Positions 13,301-27,791 are shown, numbered from the stretch's first letter. The stretch is 64,000 nucleotides of DNA from Bugula neritina (GCA_964035545.1 OZ037766.1:15490722-15554721); one strand, 5' to 3'. The notes: generated by a model from the letters alone, not told the origin. Numbers and translations: made by a program.

Positions 13301-16300
13301 TTTGGAAGTGTTCCGTTCACAACCTTTTTTTTATAAATGGTAGACTTGTATTGAACATATTTTCAAGACATTACTCCATCTGTTCATTGCCTTGAAAAGG
13401 AGATTTTAAGATCACTCTATGAAGGTTTGTTAACATCTTGTATCTTTCTGACTACTTGCTGGCTAACTGTAGGCGGAAATGTTAAATTTTCGGGCTTGGG
13501 GTTTGGCTTTTTCTTAATAGGTTTGGAGCAATATCTGAATTCATCTTTGGCCTAGGGTAAACAGAAATTTTGTAGACACAAGTATAAATGTTAGCTTATC
13601 CGTAGTGGGTTACTAAACTAGGGTGTTCAAAATAGACTGTAATATGTATTTGTGAAAATAAATTGAACAAGTTATAACTCATTTTGCTACACATTTAAAA
13701 GAACTTCACTAAAGTTGAATGCCTATTGCCTTGAGGTGGACTTGTGAATAAAAGGGTGTGTTGAATTGAATACACCAATCCCTGCTACTTTAGTCATTTC
13801 ATTCTCTGATGCCTTCAGCTGATGTGCCTGTTCATATTTTCTAGATTTCATTTAGATTACACCACTTGTCTTGTTATTTCTTTTTTGCTTCTGAATTTAA
13901 GTATTTCACTCACTGTGTAACATTTCCACCACCAGCTCAAGTTTAAACAGTTATTATTGGCTTTAGTCGTGACTATTTTACTTGCCCTTATGAGTCATCA
14001 CTAAATTATTGGTCATGTAATTGTTTTAGTCTGTATACAAATGACAGTTTTACCTGTGCTTCGCTCATTGTGATTTCCATACAACAGTATTACTAAATTC
14101 AATACTAGTAATAAAACATAGATATTTGGCTAAAGCAGCTAATGCTATCCATTTTTGTTTACATATTAATTTATGCTGTATTATACATGTCATATAATTA
14201 TTCAAACAATGCCCTGGCTAGTTTGCTGTATAATATACTTACCTAAACTAAGAAACTTCCTTTAAGATGTGTCTTTTTTCTCCTGCTATAATAAGGAAAG
14301 TGATTGGTACTAAGTAAATAGATATTTCATAGGTAACATGCTTCTAGACAGGAAAGTGCTGGTGGTCATTGTGAAAGTTTCCTATCTTCATGATCACTTT
14401 GAAGTCATCAGTAACTTAAAGTTACTAGGTATCCTGCCCTTGTCACCAAGTCTAGTTCTCTACCATATCACAGGCAATGTAGACTGAGAACATCCCCTTC
14501 ACATATAGCCTGCAATCTTTGTTTTAGGAGCAAGTTAACAAGACTTATATGGAGTCTCACAAATTAGATCTTATGGCAGAGGTAGCAGAATTGAGGCTTC
14601 GATTGCAGACTGCCGAATCAGAGAAATCAGAATATAAAGACAGATATGAAGGGTTGCAGGTTGGTGCATGTACCGCATGTTCTGATTGGCCAGTTTACTA
14701 GCCACTCACTGTCCTTCTAAGTGATAGAGAGAGTGCTTGGGGAATACATCGGTAGTGCAAAATAAAAAATAGAAATCCAGGTTGACTTAATATCCTTAGT
14801 ATCTTTGAATATTGTAAATATTACAAAGTTGTCTTGTATGGTTATGTCTTTAATATCATCTCTTTATCGTCACCTTGAATGAGAAATTATCTCCTCATGT
14901 TAGTCATAGAATTCTCTCCGAGTAACAAGAATTTCAGAATTATATAAAGTTCTGAAATCAAATTAAATTATTCAGCTTTAGCTAAACAGACTAAACAGAG
15001 TTTGAATGTAGATTAGTCACTCCTCTGAACCTCACTGATTCACACTGTTATTGTTATCAGCTGATTGTTTACTGAGCATTCAGGGTGCTGCCAGTCATAG
15101 GGACTCGGCAGCAAACTCCCTGATTATTGTTTCTGTTATTACACTTGACTGGTGACCTGTAAGAAATAATATCCTCTGTTTGTGAAGCAGTGCAGTATTG
15201 TGTACAATGTCTTATATTTTATAGCTGTGTATGACAATATTAGGAGTTTCTTTGGCTAATATAGCCTTAATCATTTCTAGTATGTTATAGCTTTAGAGTA
15301 GCTACTACATTAGAAATAACTTACTGAATAATGTAACAAATGTACCATACTATAGACTTACATTAACATCATTTTTGTAAGTTTGATCAATACAGTCTCT
15401 CCTGCCATAGTGGACTCTGTGTAAACCATTAGCATACCAGCTGTCTTAGCTGATAATTTTTTGTATTGATGAAATCTAATCACTAGTTTTCGCTGCCTAG
15501 CCAATCACATGCTGTCTTTCATCATATTGAAAGTCAGCATGTGATTGGCTAGGCAGCCGTGACCTCTCTGGAGAGACAAAAGTGAAGTTAACGCAAACCC
15601 GAATTTTCTCACCTATTCTCACCTATATTCGATTTGTCCTGTTCAGGTTAACACAAACCCGAATGTTCCTTTAAATGTTCAGATGAGTTACATTTTTAAC
15701 AGAATATTGAGAATAAGAATTGACTCTACTTACAACTCTGCTTTGACTCGGTTGATATATTTTAGAACCAGGTACTGGAGTTACACGACCGCCTTATCCT
15801 CAGAGAAAGGGAAGTCACCGAACTGAAGGCACAGGTCAATAAAAATGGCTACCATAATATGAATGGTGGCTCAGGTATGTGAAGTATGTATATAATACAA
15901 GCACCCTGGTTACAGTATGTTTTAGCAAGTTTGGGGTTTGAGTTTTACTTCATACCATTGGGAGGTAACTCTCTTACAGCTGTATATGGTGCACTGATGT
16001 CGTGCTATTATAGGGTGTTATACGGGCAGTCTGGATAGAGAAGGCCTTCGACGTAGGCACTACAGTAAGCTAAGACTGCATGCTGTGTTACTGTCAATTT
16101 GTACCAGTGTTTATGGGTTACATCTAAATAACTAGCAGTGTGTGTGTAAACAGTGCATGCAAGTATCATGAGTCACTATGGAGTGTGTTTGAGGAGTTGT
16201 CAGTCCTCTATCTTTGTATTGAGGCCAGTTGAATGCTTGTGGTAGAGCAGATTAAGTAGTCCAGTATGCATGTGCAGTAGTTGTTACACTTGGCTCTTCT

Positions 16301-19300
16301 TACTTGCTGTGTTTTGTGGTGTTGATATTGTGAAAATCATAGCCTAATATCATTTAGTTCTGTACCTTAGAAATATCATCAGTAATACAGGCATTAGTTG
16401 CTTAGTGCGTCCATTCGCGTCTCTCTTTTCTATCATGTGTATATACTGCCACAAGTGAGAGTCACAGCTAGTGAGAGTGATAGTCAAAGTGAGTAATAGT
16501 GAGACTGGGGGGTGATTGAGAGTGAGAAAAGAAACTTCTCCAATACTTGTATGTCTGAGTAATGACACAGGTATAATACTGGTAGTAGGAGATAGACACT
16601 GCATTAGTATACTACAGAGACTGTGTAGTTCAGTACACTTGTTTGCATACTGTGTATGATCAGTCATTATTTTCAATAGCCTCAGAGGTAGAGAGTTTGA
16701 AGAAAACAGTCAATGACCTAATGATTGCTGGACAGGAAAAAGACAGGAAAATAAATGAATTGCGTAAAGGTAAACCTTCTATGTGTTGAATACTAATGTA
16801 TATTTGTACTAGAATAGATGGCATGTTATGAAACAGAGAAGTTTATTTCCTGTGGGCAGCCGATGGAAGCAATAGAATTCAGTCTGCAGCATAAGTAGTA
16901 GTTGTGGGGAGAGGTAAATGGCACTTCATAGTAGGAGATGGGCATTAACAAATAAAAGGAGACAACTTCCCATTGATGCATCGATTCATCATTGGGCAGT
17001 AGTATTTTACCAACACAGCTTGTATCATGCTGGCAGACACTGTGTTAAAATAAAACTGCTGCTTATTCATAGAACCACCCACTGATTTACCTCTTTGCTA
17101 TTCACAGTTCTAGCACTCTTGTAGGCTGACAGAGCAAGTTAATACTTTTAGTTCTACAATTCCTTATGACCCAAATAGTGTTCATTGTGTCAGTTGAGAT
17201 TTAAACTGTAACTTTGGCCTTCGTGCCTTTCGCTAACTGCTGCAGTAGCTTGTCACATGACTCATAGCTTATATAACTCAATAGCATAATCTACATAATC
17301 AATGTGAACAACTATATTTATAATATTAATAAATGTTTTGCTTATTCTTTATTCCAGCATCAATTGATCAGTCTCTAAGAGGTTAGATATTATATACTGG
17401 AATCTTTAGTTATCTAAGTGGATTTGGTGAACCTTTGCTTTGGATCCTAATTTGCTATTGTTTTGGCTGCTTCATCAAAACTAAAGCTATGGTTGAAATT
17501 TCTCCTTTGTCAGGTGTAATACATTTTTTCCAAAGCTAACACTTTTCAATTCTATTGCTTAACAAGGGAGGAGAGTAGGTTTAGAACACAGGCTCTGGGG
17601 TTAGTTGACTCATCTACTGCTAATCTAACACCACCTCACCACATTGAATACTTGAACCAAAGTTCTGTTACAGCTGTCAACACATATCAACGAGTTGAGG
17701 AAATAATTCTACAGTCTCAAGGTCGCCCAAGGTCAACAGGAAGTGATTCTTGTAGCTCAACTAATGACAGAACTGTTAGACCTTATGATCAAGAGGAGCG
17801 ACCAATCAGCGGTCTGATAAACAGGGGACTCCGGCAGAATGGTGGGCCGGCCATGACCAGTACTCCAGGTATTGTGTCGTAGATATTCCCCTCTTCATCT
17901 CCTGCTGTTTATCTGTCAGCTGATTATGACAAGGCAGTCTTCACCTTTACTTAGTAATCATTTGGTACTCCTCAATGCTATAACTGGCTTCTTTCCTAGT
18001 ATAACTTTTAACCATGTCTTGTTATTAGCTGTAGCATTATTTGAACTAAAAGCTTAAGAATTTTGCCTCAATATGTTATCAATCATTTTACTATGCACTG
18101 GTATTGTGGTACATAAACATAACGTTGCAGTGCAAGAAGGGCAAGTAAAGAAGCAAGCCACCGAACCACACCCAGTATCAGCTGTAGATGCTACTCCCAT
18201 CTCCATCACTGCTAGTGACGCCACCCCTGCTCCTACCACTACTGCAGCCACTGTGAAACGCTCAAATAGTTACGACGCTTCCAGGTTTAACAACGTTATT
18301 CTAGCGAGCACCAAGGAGGTGAGTTTTGTTAGTTGTGGTAGAGACGGTTGGCCGGTTTTTCATTGTATCCTTTGTCCATGACATGGGCTCTAAAATATGT
18401 CAAGTGTACTGATTTGTTACAATAGGGGAGTAAAACTCCTTCTATGTCGAGAAAAAATAACGTGAATATGAAACCTGCCCAACCTAATGGACTCTTGAGC
18501 AAGCATGCCAATGGCCACGCTGAAGCTGACGTAACAAGCGATGAGGATGACTTCAATGTCAAGGATGATCAGAAGAAGAAGAAAGCCGGATTCCGCAAGT
18601 TCTTTTCCAAGTAAGTGTCTGGTCATATCATCATGATGGAGTTTGATACTATGCAGGCAACTATGGCTCCATTCTCCATCACTGTTCTTTCTATATTCTT
18701 ATATGCGCTTTGTTTATTCGTTGTGTAGTCATGGAAACAGATAAACATACTTTAGTTTGGTCACCTAGTGCACAGTTGTCTTCTCTGCAATAGCTGTAAC
18801 TTGGTGTATTAGAGTTATTTTCTATATGCTAATAGATTGAAGAAAAGTTCTTCTCAAGAAGCGTTGGATGAGTTGGGAGGCAACCAAGGAGCCTTCAAAA
18901 GAGGTGGCGTTAGAGCAACTGCTGGACCCAGGCTAGGGTGGGGAGCTCAGACTAGAGGTCCCGGGACAAAGCCTCAGGGAGTAGAAGAACCAAGGACACC
19001 ATTCCGTCAGTGGGGAGCTGATGAGGTATCTTCTTGTGAACTGTAGTTGTAGTGTGTTTATACACTGTAATATGTACACTGTAGCTGTAGTGTGTACACT
19101 GTAGCTGTAGTATGTACACTGTAGCTGTAGTGTGCACACTGTAGCTGTAGTGTACACACTATAGCTGCAGTGTGTACAATGTAGCTATAGTGTGTGCACT
19201 GAGCTGTAACTGTATAAAGGATATTAAATGTTTCAACTGCTAATTTCTGAAAGATTTTAATCCATAGTTTGTATCACCTTAAGTATTATGTAGTTTTCAA

Positions 19301-21981
19301 CACACTTGCCTACTGTTTACATAATAACCTTACGATCTGCTGCAGGTTGCCATATGGCTCAACAACATGGGTCTCAACATTTATGCCTCGGAATGTCGGC
19401 GTTGGAATAAGACAGGCAAACAGATTCTGGAGGCCAGCTCTCAGGAGGTGGATAAAGAACTGAGAATATGCAACCCTCTGCACAGAAAGAAACTTCACCT
19501 TGCTCTGGAAGGTGGGGGCTTCTCATGTCTCTAATAATGTTCTTCACTCAGCAACTGAATAGTTTGCTATGCAATTGACATGTTATATGTGATTGAGGTA
19601 GAGTTGTCTTCTCATATTTATGTGATTTTAGATACCAGGAAAAGCCATAGCTGTCAAATAAATACTCTTTCAGGGTTGTGTGCCCATGCAATTTAATTTT
19701 ATAGTGAATTTCGCGCACGCATGTCTTCAATTAGTGTGTTAATATGGAGAGTAAGGTAGGTTTACGCAGCTACTTGCAAAAACAAGTCATTAAAATGTCA
19801 CTAATTAAAACCCTAGTTAGAAACGGAATTATACCTAATGACATGTATCGTAGATGCTCCCTAATTTTATTATTTCTTTGTGTGTGAAATGGGTATGCAG
19901 AGGGATTTTCAATACTGTATATGATGGTTAATAAAACTAGCTTTGATCACCTGATATATTTCTATGTATTCCTTGATTATAATGTTCATTATATTATCTT
20001 GAGAGAAATTCTTGTAACATTTTGTTGATGGTTTGATAGTTGCATATTGTTTAGTCAACATATTCATTGTTTCACAGCTCAAAGGAGTGGCAGTCGCAAA
20101 GACCAACTACTGTATAACCTCAAATCTGATTGGGTATCCAAATGGTTGGATGATATTGGGCTGCCTCAGTACAAGGACCAGTTCTTTGAGGCCCGTGTTG
20201 ATTCTAGAATGCTCAACTATATCACCGTGGTATGTGGTTGGTACACTGTAGTCGTGTGTCTGTGCTCATTCTGCCTTAGTGTTATGTATTTAAAATACTG
20301 TAGTTGTGTCTGTTTAAAAATATAATTAATTGTCTTTTGCTTTGCAGGAGGACTTATTATATATGAAGATAACAAATGCCCTTCATCATTCTAGTATTAG
20401 AAGGGGAATTGAAGTTTTGCGTAAACATAACTTTGATTTGTCAGCGTTGAAAAGGCGGCCGAGTGTATCGAACGCACAGACGGGCACCCAATCTGGCTCC
20501 TCCCCTTCTCACGATCCAACGTTATGGACAAACCACAGAGTGATGGAGTGGTTGAGATCTATAGATCTCAGTGAATATGCTGCCAACTTACGTGGCAGCG
20601 GTGTCAATGGTGCTCTCATTGTAAGTGCTGTTTGTAAAAAGCAAGTAACGCTTGTTTTTTATGTTTTGTATTTTCATTGTATATTTGTTATATATATTTG
20701 TTATATAATAATACTGATTTTGCATAGATTTTATTGATCACATTTTCTACACATGTGCCAGGCTAAGTAAATATTTCTGAGGAAAAAAATATTTGTAATT
20801 AATCATAGTTTCTATTTTTAAATACACCTTTCAACAATGTTCAGGATGTACTTGCACAAACACTGTATGTACATAAATATACAAAGCAAATATATAATAG
20901 TATTGTGTTGCTCTTTAAGTTTGAATTATCTCGATCGTTTGGTAATTTATAACGTTGATTTATAGAATATAGATATATGCCACTCTACTTTGTTTTCATA
21001 CTATGAAGAGCGTTTTGTGTTACCTTTTCTACCCATTTTGTCAGTTTGCCAAACACTTGCATTTTAATTTTTAGAATTGTCTCAGAATGGGTTTTTAAAA
21101 TCTGTTTACAAGTTGGTTTGATAAATATTATGAATGGAGTATTTTATGTTGTAGATGCTGGAGCCAAAGTTCACAGTGGAGCACTTAGCCTCTGTTCTCA
21201 ATATCCCCTCATCTAAAACTCTTCTAAGAAGACATCTAAGTGCACATTTTGTTAATTTGATTGGAAAAGAAAAGCATGACCTAAAATCTGAAGCTGAGAA
21301 TGGTCTGAGGCTTGAAATAAATACTAAAGTCAAATCTAAAAAGAATCCTTTTAAAAAAGGTTTGGAAACCTGTTATGTTTGATTAATTTATTCAATGATG
21401 TTTATATTCATTCTAAAGCAGAATACTGAACGTTGTCTATAGTGATAATATTACTGTAATATATTAATATGGTACTATAATATAACAATATATTGTTGTA
21501 TGCTATTATCTTAGCTCTATGCTTGATGTATAATGATAACTCTAACTTTATCATATCATAAGTTTAGTAATTAGCCTGTTGAGTTTGATTTGATGTGGCC
21601 ATAATACAGTTGCAAAATTCTTGTATCATATCTTACCTATTATTGTCCTACCTGCCATTCCTCTACCTACCTATACAAGTTCCTCTCTGATGGTATCAGC
21701 TGCATGTGCCTAACACTTCCTATTAACTGTATCATGTGACTTCTCTGTCTGTAGACTGCATCATGTGACTTCTTTGTCTGTAGACTGTATCATGTGACTT
21801 CTCTGTCTGTAGACTGTATCATGTGACTTCTCTGTCTGTAGGCCGGTCTACTACTGATTACTTGTGTCCAATGGACATGGAGCCCATCGATGCTCGGGCA
21901 GAAGATAAGCGAATCAAGGAGGCTGTTGCAATGTATAAGAAAGAGTTGAATAAGAATGAGCGACAGGACAAACTGGTCTAG
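4345..21981 (+). CDS. PPFIBP: Liprin-beta (PPFIBP1/2 family; N-terminal coiled coils + three SAM domains), 17 coding exons, about 882 aa
   Basis: Phase-consistent GT-AG exons: 4345-4474, 7252-7454, 10012-10131, 11373-11492, 14528-14659, 15766-15874, 16014-16064, 16680-16769, 17674-17868, 18131-18318, 18426-18610, 18836-19025, 19346-19511, 20078-20229, 20348-20620, 21155-21359, 21842-21981 (2649 nt, ends TAG). Liprin-beta hallmarks: LQAALQEMDEI, KLDLMAEVAELRLRL, EKDRKINELR, FKRGGVRATAGPRLGW, WLDDIGLPQYK, WTNHRVMEWLRSIDLSEYAANLRGSGV, DYLCPMD. Small alternative exons may be missed. Confidence 0.92.
5628..5820. repeat. Intronic minisatellite, 22-bp unit (TGTAGTGTTGTCTGTATTGAGT), about 9 copies
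   Basis: Visible tandem units; explains the repetitive spurious ORF 5592-5864. Confidence 0.9.
15492..15557. repeat. 66-bp intronic hairpin (30-bp stem with one mismatch, 6-nt loop)
   Basis: GCTGCCTAGCCAATCACATGCTG-t-CTTTCA / TCATAT / TGAAAG-t-CAGCATGTGATTGGCTAGGCAGC. Confidence 0.85.
19043..19212. repeat. Intronic minisatellite, 20-bp unit (TACACTGTAGCTGTAGTGTG), about 8 copies
   Basis: Visible tandem units just after the exon ending at 19025. Confidence 0.9.
21726..21841 (+). repeat. 4 x 29-bp tandem repeat, each unit ending in a 3' splice-site sequence
   Basis: ACTGTATCATGTGACTTCTCTGTCTGTAG x4; the last copy supplies the acceptor of the final liprin-beta exon. Confidence 0.92.
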
Positions 21982-22924
21982 TGATATACCATGTGATCTG
22001 GTGGCACGGGTCGCTATAAGAGAGGCTGGGCCAGGTGTTTCTGTCCTTAGAAATGGGCTTTTAGTCTTCGCTGGCATTTAATACTGCTGGTAAAATTCAA
22101 CCAGTAACTTCAAGTTAGTTGGTAGAACAATGGTGGTGGAGGTGAAGACCTATTCACATGCTTAGCTGGTATAAAAGTACTTAAGTAACACTACATATAG
22201 TAGTACCTGTCCAAAGTAGTGAAAGTACTACTCTTGGACTGCTTGATAGCACAGGTCATTACTAAGGACTTTATTGGTCTACCTTCTTAGTACACAAGTA
22301 TTTCTCACAATATCATACCTTATAATGTACATATCATTTATATGTTGAGCAACTTGCACTCTTATAGACTATAGCGCAAATCTTGACTTTATAGTTATCA
22401 TTCTATTTCCATTTTATGTAGGTAGGAAGTGAATCTTTATGATGTTAACTGATGTGCACATGTAAGCTGAGGAACTAGCAAATTTAGCTAGCATGTTCGG
22501 GTGGTAGTTGGGTTTCCCTAACTGTTTCTCTCAATATCTTAATATTTCAAACTTTTACAAAAATTAATTTTTACGAAAATCTCTGTGACCCAATTTTAAA
22601 TGCTATTAGAGTTTCTTCTGTTAGCACGATGCATTATTAAAGTACATTTTTATCATTCTAGTATTACACAGCTAACCGTGATGATTTATTTCTACCGCAT
22701 GATTTTATAATTAGACATTTATCTACTCTAAGCGCTCTCAAATACTTATTTGTTATTAATAGACAAGGGAATTTCTCTCAGTACTTTTGCAAAAAACTTA
22801 AATATGGACCTACTTATTTGTATGATTTTACTGTTATAGTTATATCACATTGAAGATGATTTTTAATTTCAGTTATTCATATTTTTATATGTGTACATAT
22901 CTTGCAATATTATATTCCCAAATT

Positions 22925-22930
22925 AATAAA
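22925..22930 (+). terminator. Putative polyadenylation signal of liprin-beta
   Basis: AATAAA about 950 nt after the stop codon; common in AT-rich DNA, so weak evidence. Confidence 0.35.
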
Positions 22931-25100
22931 TATTTTACACTTATCTAAGCTTTAGTACAGAATACTTAAAATATGCGTTGCATATAATACATCAAAATTT
23001 GATGCTGCTACAACTGTATTGATATAGTCAAATGTTTACTAATGATAATGATATTTGACTAAAATTTACAATTGTTAATGGCTATGATTCTGGTTTCTAA
23101 AACCCAAAACTAACATGTATATATTAAATCAAATATTCAGATAAATTAAGTCACAGAGCTCGAAAAACACCTTGAGATAAACCCTCGCAAATTACAATGA
23201 GATGTGCTCTATAATTATAATATGTGTAATATGTAATAATAATACAGCACAGTTTGTTGTGAGGATGAGATTACTATAAAATAGTCAGACTTCTAGGAGT
23301 TGATGGAGCTACGCTTGAGTAGGCTGACACAGAACCTTGCTTCTTTAGTGGAAGAGGTAAAATCCTCTTGGGAATGTTATATCCTTCAGCTATTAAATGG
23401 TTGCTTATTGAAACTACAAAATATAGAATATTCTTCTGTATTTTATGCTAAGGGGGGGGGGGGGGGGTCATTTTTGGGCAGAAGCTTTTGGCACTTTAAA
23501 TGGGTAATTTTAAGTATATTACTTATAAAGCTGGTAAGTTGCTTAAGTACAAGTAATTTAAATTAAGCTCTCTCTTAATTTTGATAGTGTCCGGCATATT
23601 TAAGGATTTTTTTATTTAAATCTTTTAGTAGATAAAGCGGATGTGCTACATGCTATGAGTATACTAACTACACTAAGTTGCAAGAAAGTAAAATTATGCT
23701 ATTATAGTTCAAAAGTGCAATTTTTTTATAAAAATGCAATCAAAAGCTAATATTTTTTATTACAATTTACCTCAGCACAAAACAACTTTGTACCGTTCAG
23801 CAGACTAACTGGAATAACTTGCTTAATTTAAAAAGTGATTTAGATGAAAAACAAGCCGTCTGCCGTTGAATAAAGCTAAAACCTTGTAAAACCAAACAAA
23901 TCTTTAACCATGCAATGCAGTAAACTCTAAGCCATGTGAGGGACAGATATTATACTGTACTATCAATGTTATACTACAATAACACACCAAGTTTCTGATA
24001 GTAAAAAAGGTTGGTTAAAAAGAGTTTAGGTAGCAAAACATACTAAGTGGAGTAGTATTTAGTCATAACTTCAGTGTTAAAAATATGTTTTTATGAAAAT
24101 AATGCATGTGATGTGCTAAAAATTTGATTAATAAATCTTAAGCAACACTTGAACTTGCATATTTCCAATGAAAAGTACAACATATTTGACTAAGTTGCAT
24201 ATTACTGGCTTCTGAATCTTGTCGCAATATTTCAATGGAAATGATACAGTCTGTATCAAGTAATAGAATTAAGAATATGATATGTAGGTAGTAGGTACAG
24301 TATATAGCAGCTCTTGCTTAAATTAAACTGCAAAGCACTACATGAATTATGTTTATGTATAAGCATAATATAATATTATAAGTTCAAATAATCAAGTACG
24401 AAAGGCAATTATATTAATCTTATTCAATATATAGATAAAAACGTTTACACCCAGCAAGTGTATATCATTTAGAAATACCAGTTATAACTGCTGTCACACT
24501 GTGACCTATCTGTTGATAGTTATACTTAAATAGTTTAACTTTAACTATCATGGTTTGCTAAGGGCATGACTTAATGCTGTTTTACAACATGCATGCAGTA
24601 CAAATATTTGTAAATTTGTAACAAAGCAATTACAGTTTGTTTACATATTTGAGCTGTGCAAATATAATGAAGTGAGCCACTACTAAGTGTAAATATTTGT
24701 AATATCTATGTTTGTGCAGCAGCTATTTTAAAGCTACAAATTTAGAAATGATGCTATTGTTTTTATCCAAATTCGATGAGCAAATTTATGCATAAGGCAG
24801 TAATGCTGATCTTAAAACATCACTTTTAATAATGAGTAGATTTTGAAGATTCTGTGAGAAATAAATTTATCAATTTAAAGTAATGAGACCAAAGTATCTT
24901 CCTATGTATATAAATAATGAGTTTGCAATATTTAAACTGTATTAAAACAGAATTACATATCAATTATACAAGTTTTAATACTAATGCAAATAATTATTTT
25001 ATGAGTTGGAAATGCAATCATTTTAAATGAAGACTAATCTGCCTGTGGGCAGCGTTTAAAACTGATAATGTAAATAAATTATAACAAAAAAGTGTATTAC

Positions 25101-26043
25101 CTGCCAGCCAGTGTAGTTCTATAGCATGTAGACTGTCTATTAGTTGTGTGACTTTAGCACTTTTACCTACAGACAGTTTCCAGTGCATCAGACAGTTCCA
25201 AATTCTTTCTGGAATATGTCTGTGTTTACTGTTCAATTTTGCCAGGTTATCTTCAAACTGCTCATCTGGGTAAATCTATAATTATAGCAGTCAATAATAA
25301 ATATTGTATAGGCATGTAGAGAGAAAGACCTCACACTCTATTGCCTGAGCAAGCTTGGTGGTATGTTATGAACATGCTTTATGTTTTATATGTTTGTGCA
25401 TGTGTGCAGTACTTACTTGCATATGCCGGGCTAGGGGTATCCATTTTGTAGGTCCAATAAGGTTAGCTACCATACTAAAGGATTCTCTCAGCGCCAAAGT
25501 CTCTTCTACAGGCAAGTGAATAAAGGATAGTTACTGCATCTTTTTGTTTGTTGCAGATGATCACAGCATGTGTAAGCAGTTTAAAAAGTTAGATAGTATA
25601 TAAATTTAATTTATAATTTAATTGCAGCAACTTTGCTATTTGGAATACTATCTTAAATTTTAGAAACCTAAAGTCACTCAAAAGTAAAATCATCTTCAAA
25701 TTTTTTTAACTCATAATATTATATGTAATGCCATCGTGTTTTAGTCCTTAAATTATTTTACATATGTATGCATGCAGCTCTTTGATATAGAGGTGTTGGC
25801 TAGTACAGAACTACATTTGACAATATCAGCTGCGGTATATTTGAGTTGTAGATAGTACAGTTACAGCTATAAGCCTATAACATTATATCAAAAGTTGAAT
25901 AAAATTCAAGTTAGAATATTTGTGATTTGTGTTCACTAGTTACTTTTGTTCTAAAATTCCTAAATAACACAGAACAGTAAATTAAGTAAGTTTTATTTAT
26001 GAAATCACCTCTGTAGCTCATATAACTAACTTTACTTACCCAT
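25101..26043 (-). CDS. Small death-domain protein (3' exon unresolved)
   Basis: Exons 26043-26040 (ATG G|gtaagt), 25505-25417 and 25275-25101 splice in frame to MEETLALRESFSMVANLIGPTKWIPLARHMQIYPDEQFEDNLAKLNSKHRHIPERIWNCLMHWKLSVGKSAKVTQLIDSLHAIELHWLA. This matches the death-fold pattern (F..VA..IG..W..LAR; L..WK...G..A.V..LI..L). Candidate last exons: 25042-25023 or 23389-23274. Confidence 0.65.
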
Positions 26044-27791
26044 GATTTGTCAAGGTTTGTAGCTGCAAGTAAATAAAAACACCATAAACCTTCAATCAGT
26101 AATCAGCACCCTATACTTAAGTTTGTCAGCTATGCACTGTAGTACGGTATTTATTTACATGAGTCGTCAAGTGGCTAGATTTAAATACTTGAAGTAAATT
26201 AACAGGTAATGGATGATAAAGAGCTCTATACTTAATCTATTATGTTAAATGTTGTTTTGTCATGCTTCAATACAAAGGTTACTGTTTATATAATGCTCAG
26301 TTCAATAGCTTCAAGTATATATACAAAGTAACCCAAAGCTCCTTTGACTGTATGTATTCTTTATAAAACTTTAACATTTTAATGCAAAATTGCCACCTAC
26401 TTCATCTAAAAAAAACTGTTACACAAATTACCAATAGATTTTAGACAGGCAATTTATATGCATTTCTCATACATCATTGTTACATCAAGCATAGTTGCTT
26501 CTGTATATACTAAAAACATGAGACTAAAATTAATATTATTTTGTTGATGTCACAAACTAATTAATGTCAACCTATCAGGTATTGATCAACTTTCTACCAA
26601 AATTTCAATTATACCATATTGTAATTTGTAATTATTTATCCCTAAAGGACTTGTTTAACTTCTGTTACATGGCTATAAATAGAGATTTTACAGTTGGTAC
26701 ACAATCCTTCACATGGATCAATAGAATTGCTGTAGGTTGCTAATGGGTCTTATTCACTTCTCAGATGGTTCATGCCCCCAGCATGCATTTGCTATGGGTC
26801 AATATTTGACAATCATGATGTACATTAAAGTTTCTGAACAGCAGATAAATTTAGTTATCATATTAATATGCATTAGATTATGTTAATGCAATAATTATAA
26901 GTTTGCAGGGGGTAATTCATCAGTTATGATAGTTTTTGTAGAACAACTACTACTTAATCAGTTGGTTTGCAGCTTATCTGTCATTGAAAACAAGGGTGGT
27001 AGTTTATGTAATAATTTATTACGTTTTTTAGAAAAGTTTTAATTAAAAGTGAAATGATTGAACTTGGTAAATATAATATGGGTGATGACCTAAGAGATAT
27101 TTGACTAAATGCTTTCACTAAATATGATTCAAACCCACAGCCAAGTAATCTCAATTGTCAAAAACAATATAAATTAATATTATTATACCATTGACAATAA
27201 GACATGAAATAATTAAAGAATATTTGACAACAATAGCAAAATACATTAAACTGTTTTAAAAAAATGTTAACTGAGTATTTCAATTTGTGAGTTTCTATTC
27301 CTACAGTAAAATTCAGCAGAGTCGTGGCTCATTGAAGGGTTTCTGTCACTCTGAGCTTGTTTAACGAGTATTTACCAGAGTATTTTGATTCACTGAATAT
27401 AAGTAGCAGGCATATTAGTGCATTGGGAGAATGAATTTCGTAATACAGGAGGGCAAAAGTTGTACAATGAGTGCTATTAGCACAAGTAGATGACATCTTG
27501 TAGTCATAGAATATAAAATACAAATATATACTCGTGTGAATCAGGAAGCCTCCAGCTTCTTGTGACGAAACTGTTTTAAGTGACAGAAGACCTTTAATGA
27601 GATATGAAAGTGTAAACATATAAAACAGTATATGAATTCACAGACAGAAAAAGTTACAGTACATGTTGTAAAAGAAATAAATAGTACACTTTTTGAGTAT
27701 AAAATATATGCAAAAATAGACATCCAAAAGAGCATTAAGTTGAATGTAGCAGAGAATCGTAATACCTATGACTTGGTTAACATCTTAAGGT

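Noticed and set aside
21726-21841. CRISPR-like direct repeats, or a CaaX motif in the truncated DCIM tail
   Set aside because: The repeats have no spacers and the DNA is eukaryotic; Cys is at -3, not -4, so it is not CaaX
23452-23467. 16-nt poly-G tract as a functional G-quadruplex
   Set aside because: Isolated homopolymer with no supporting context
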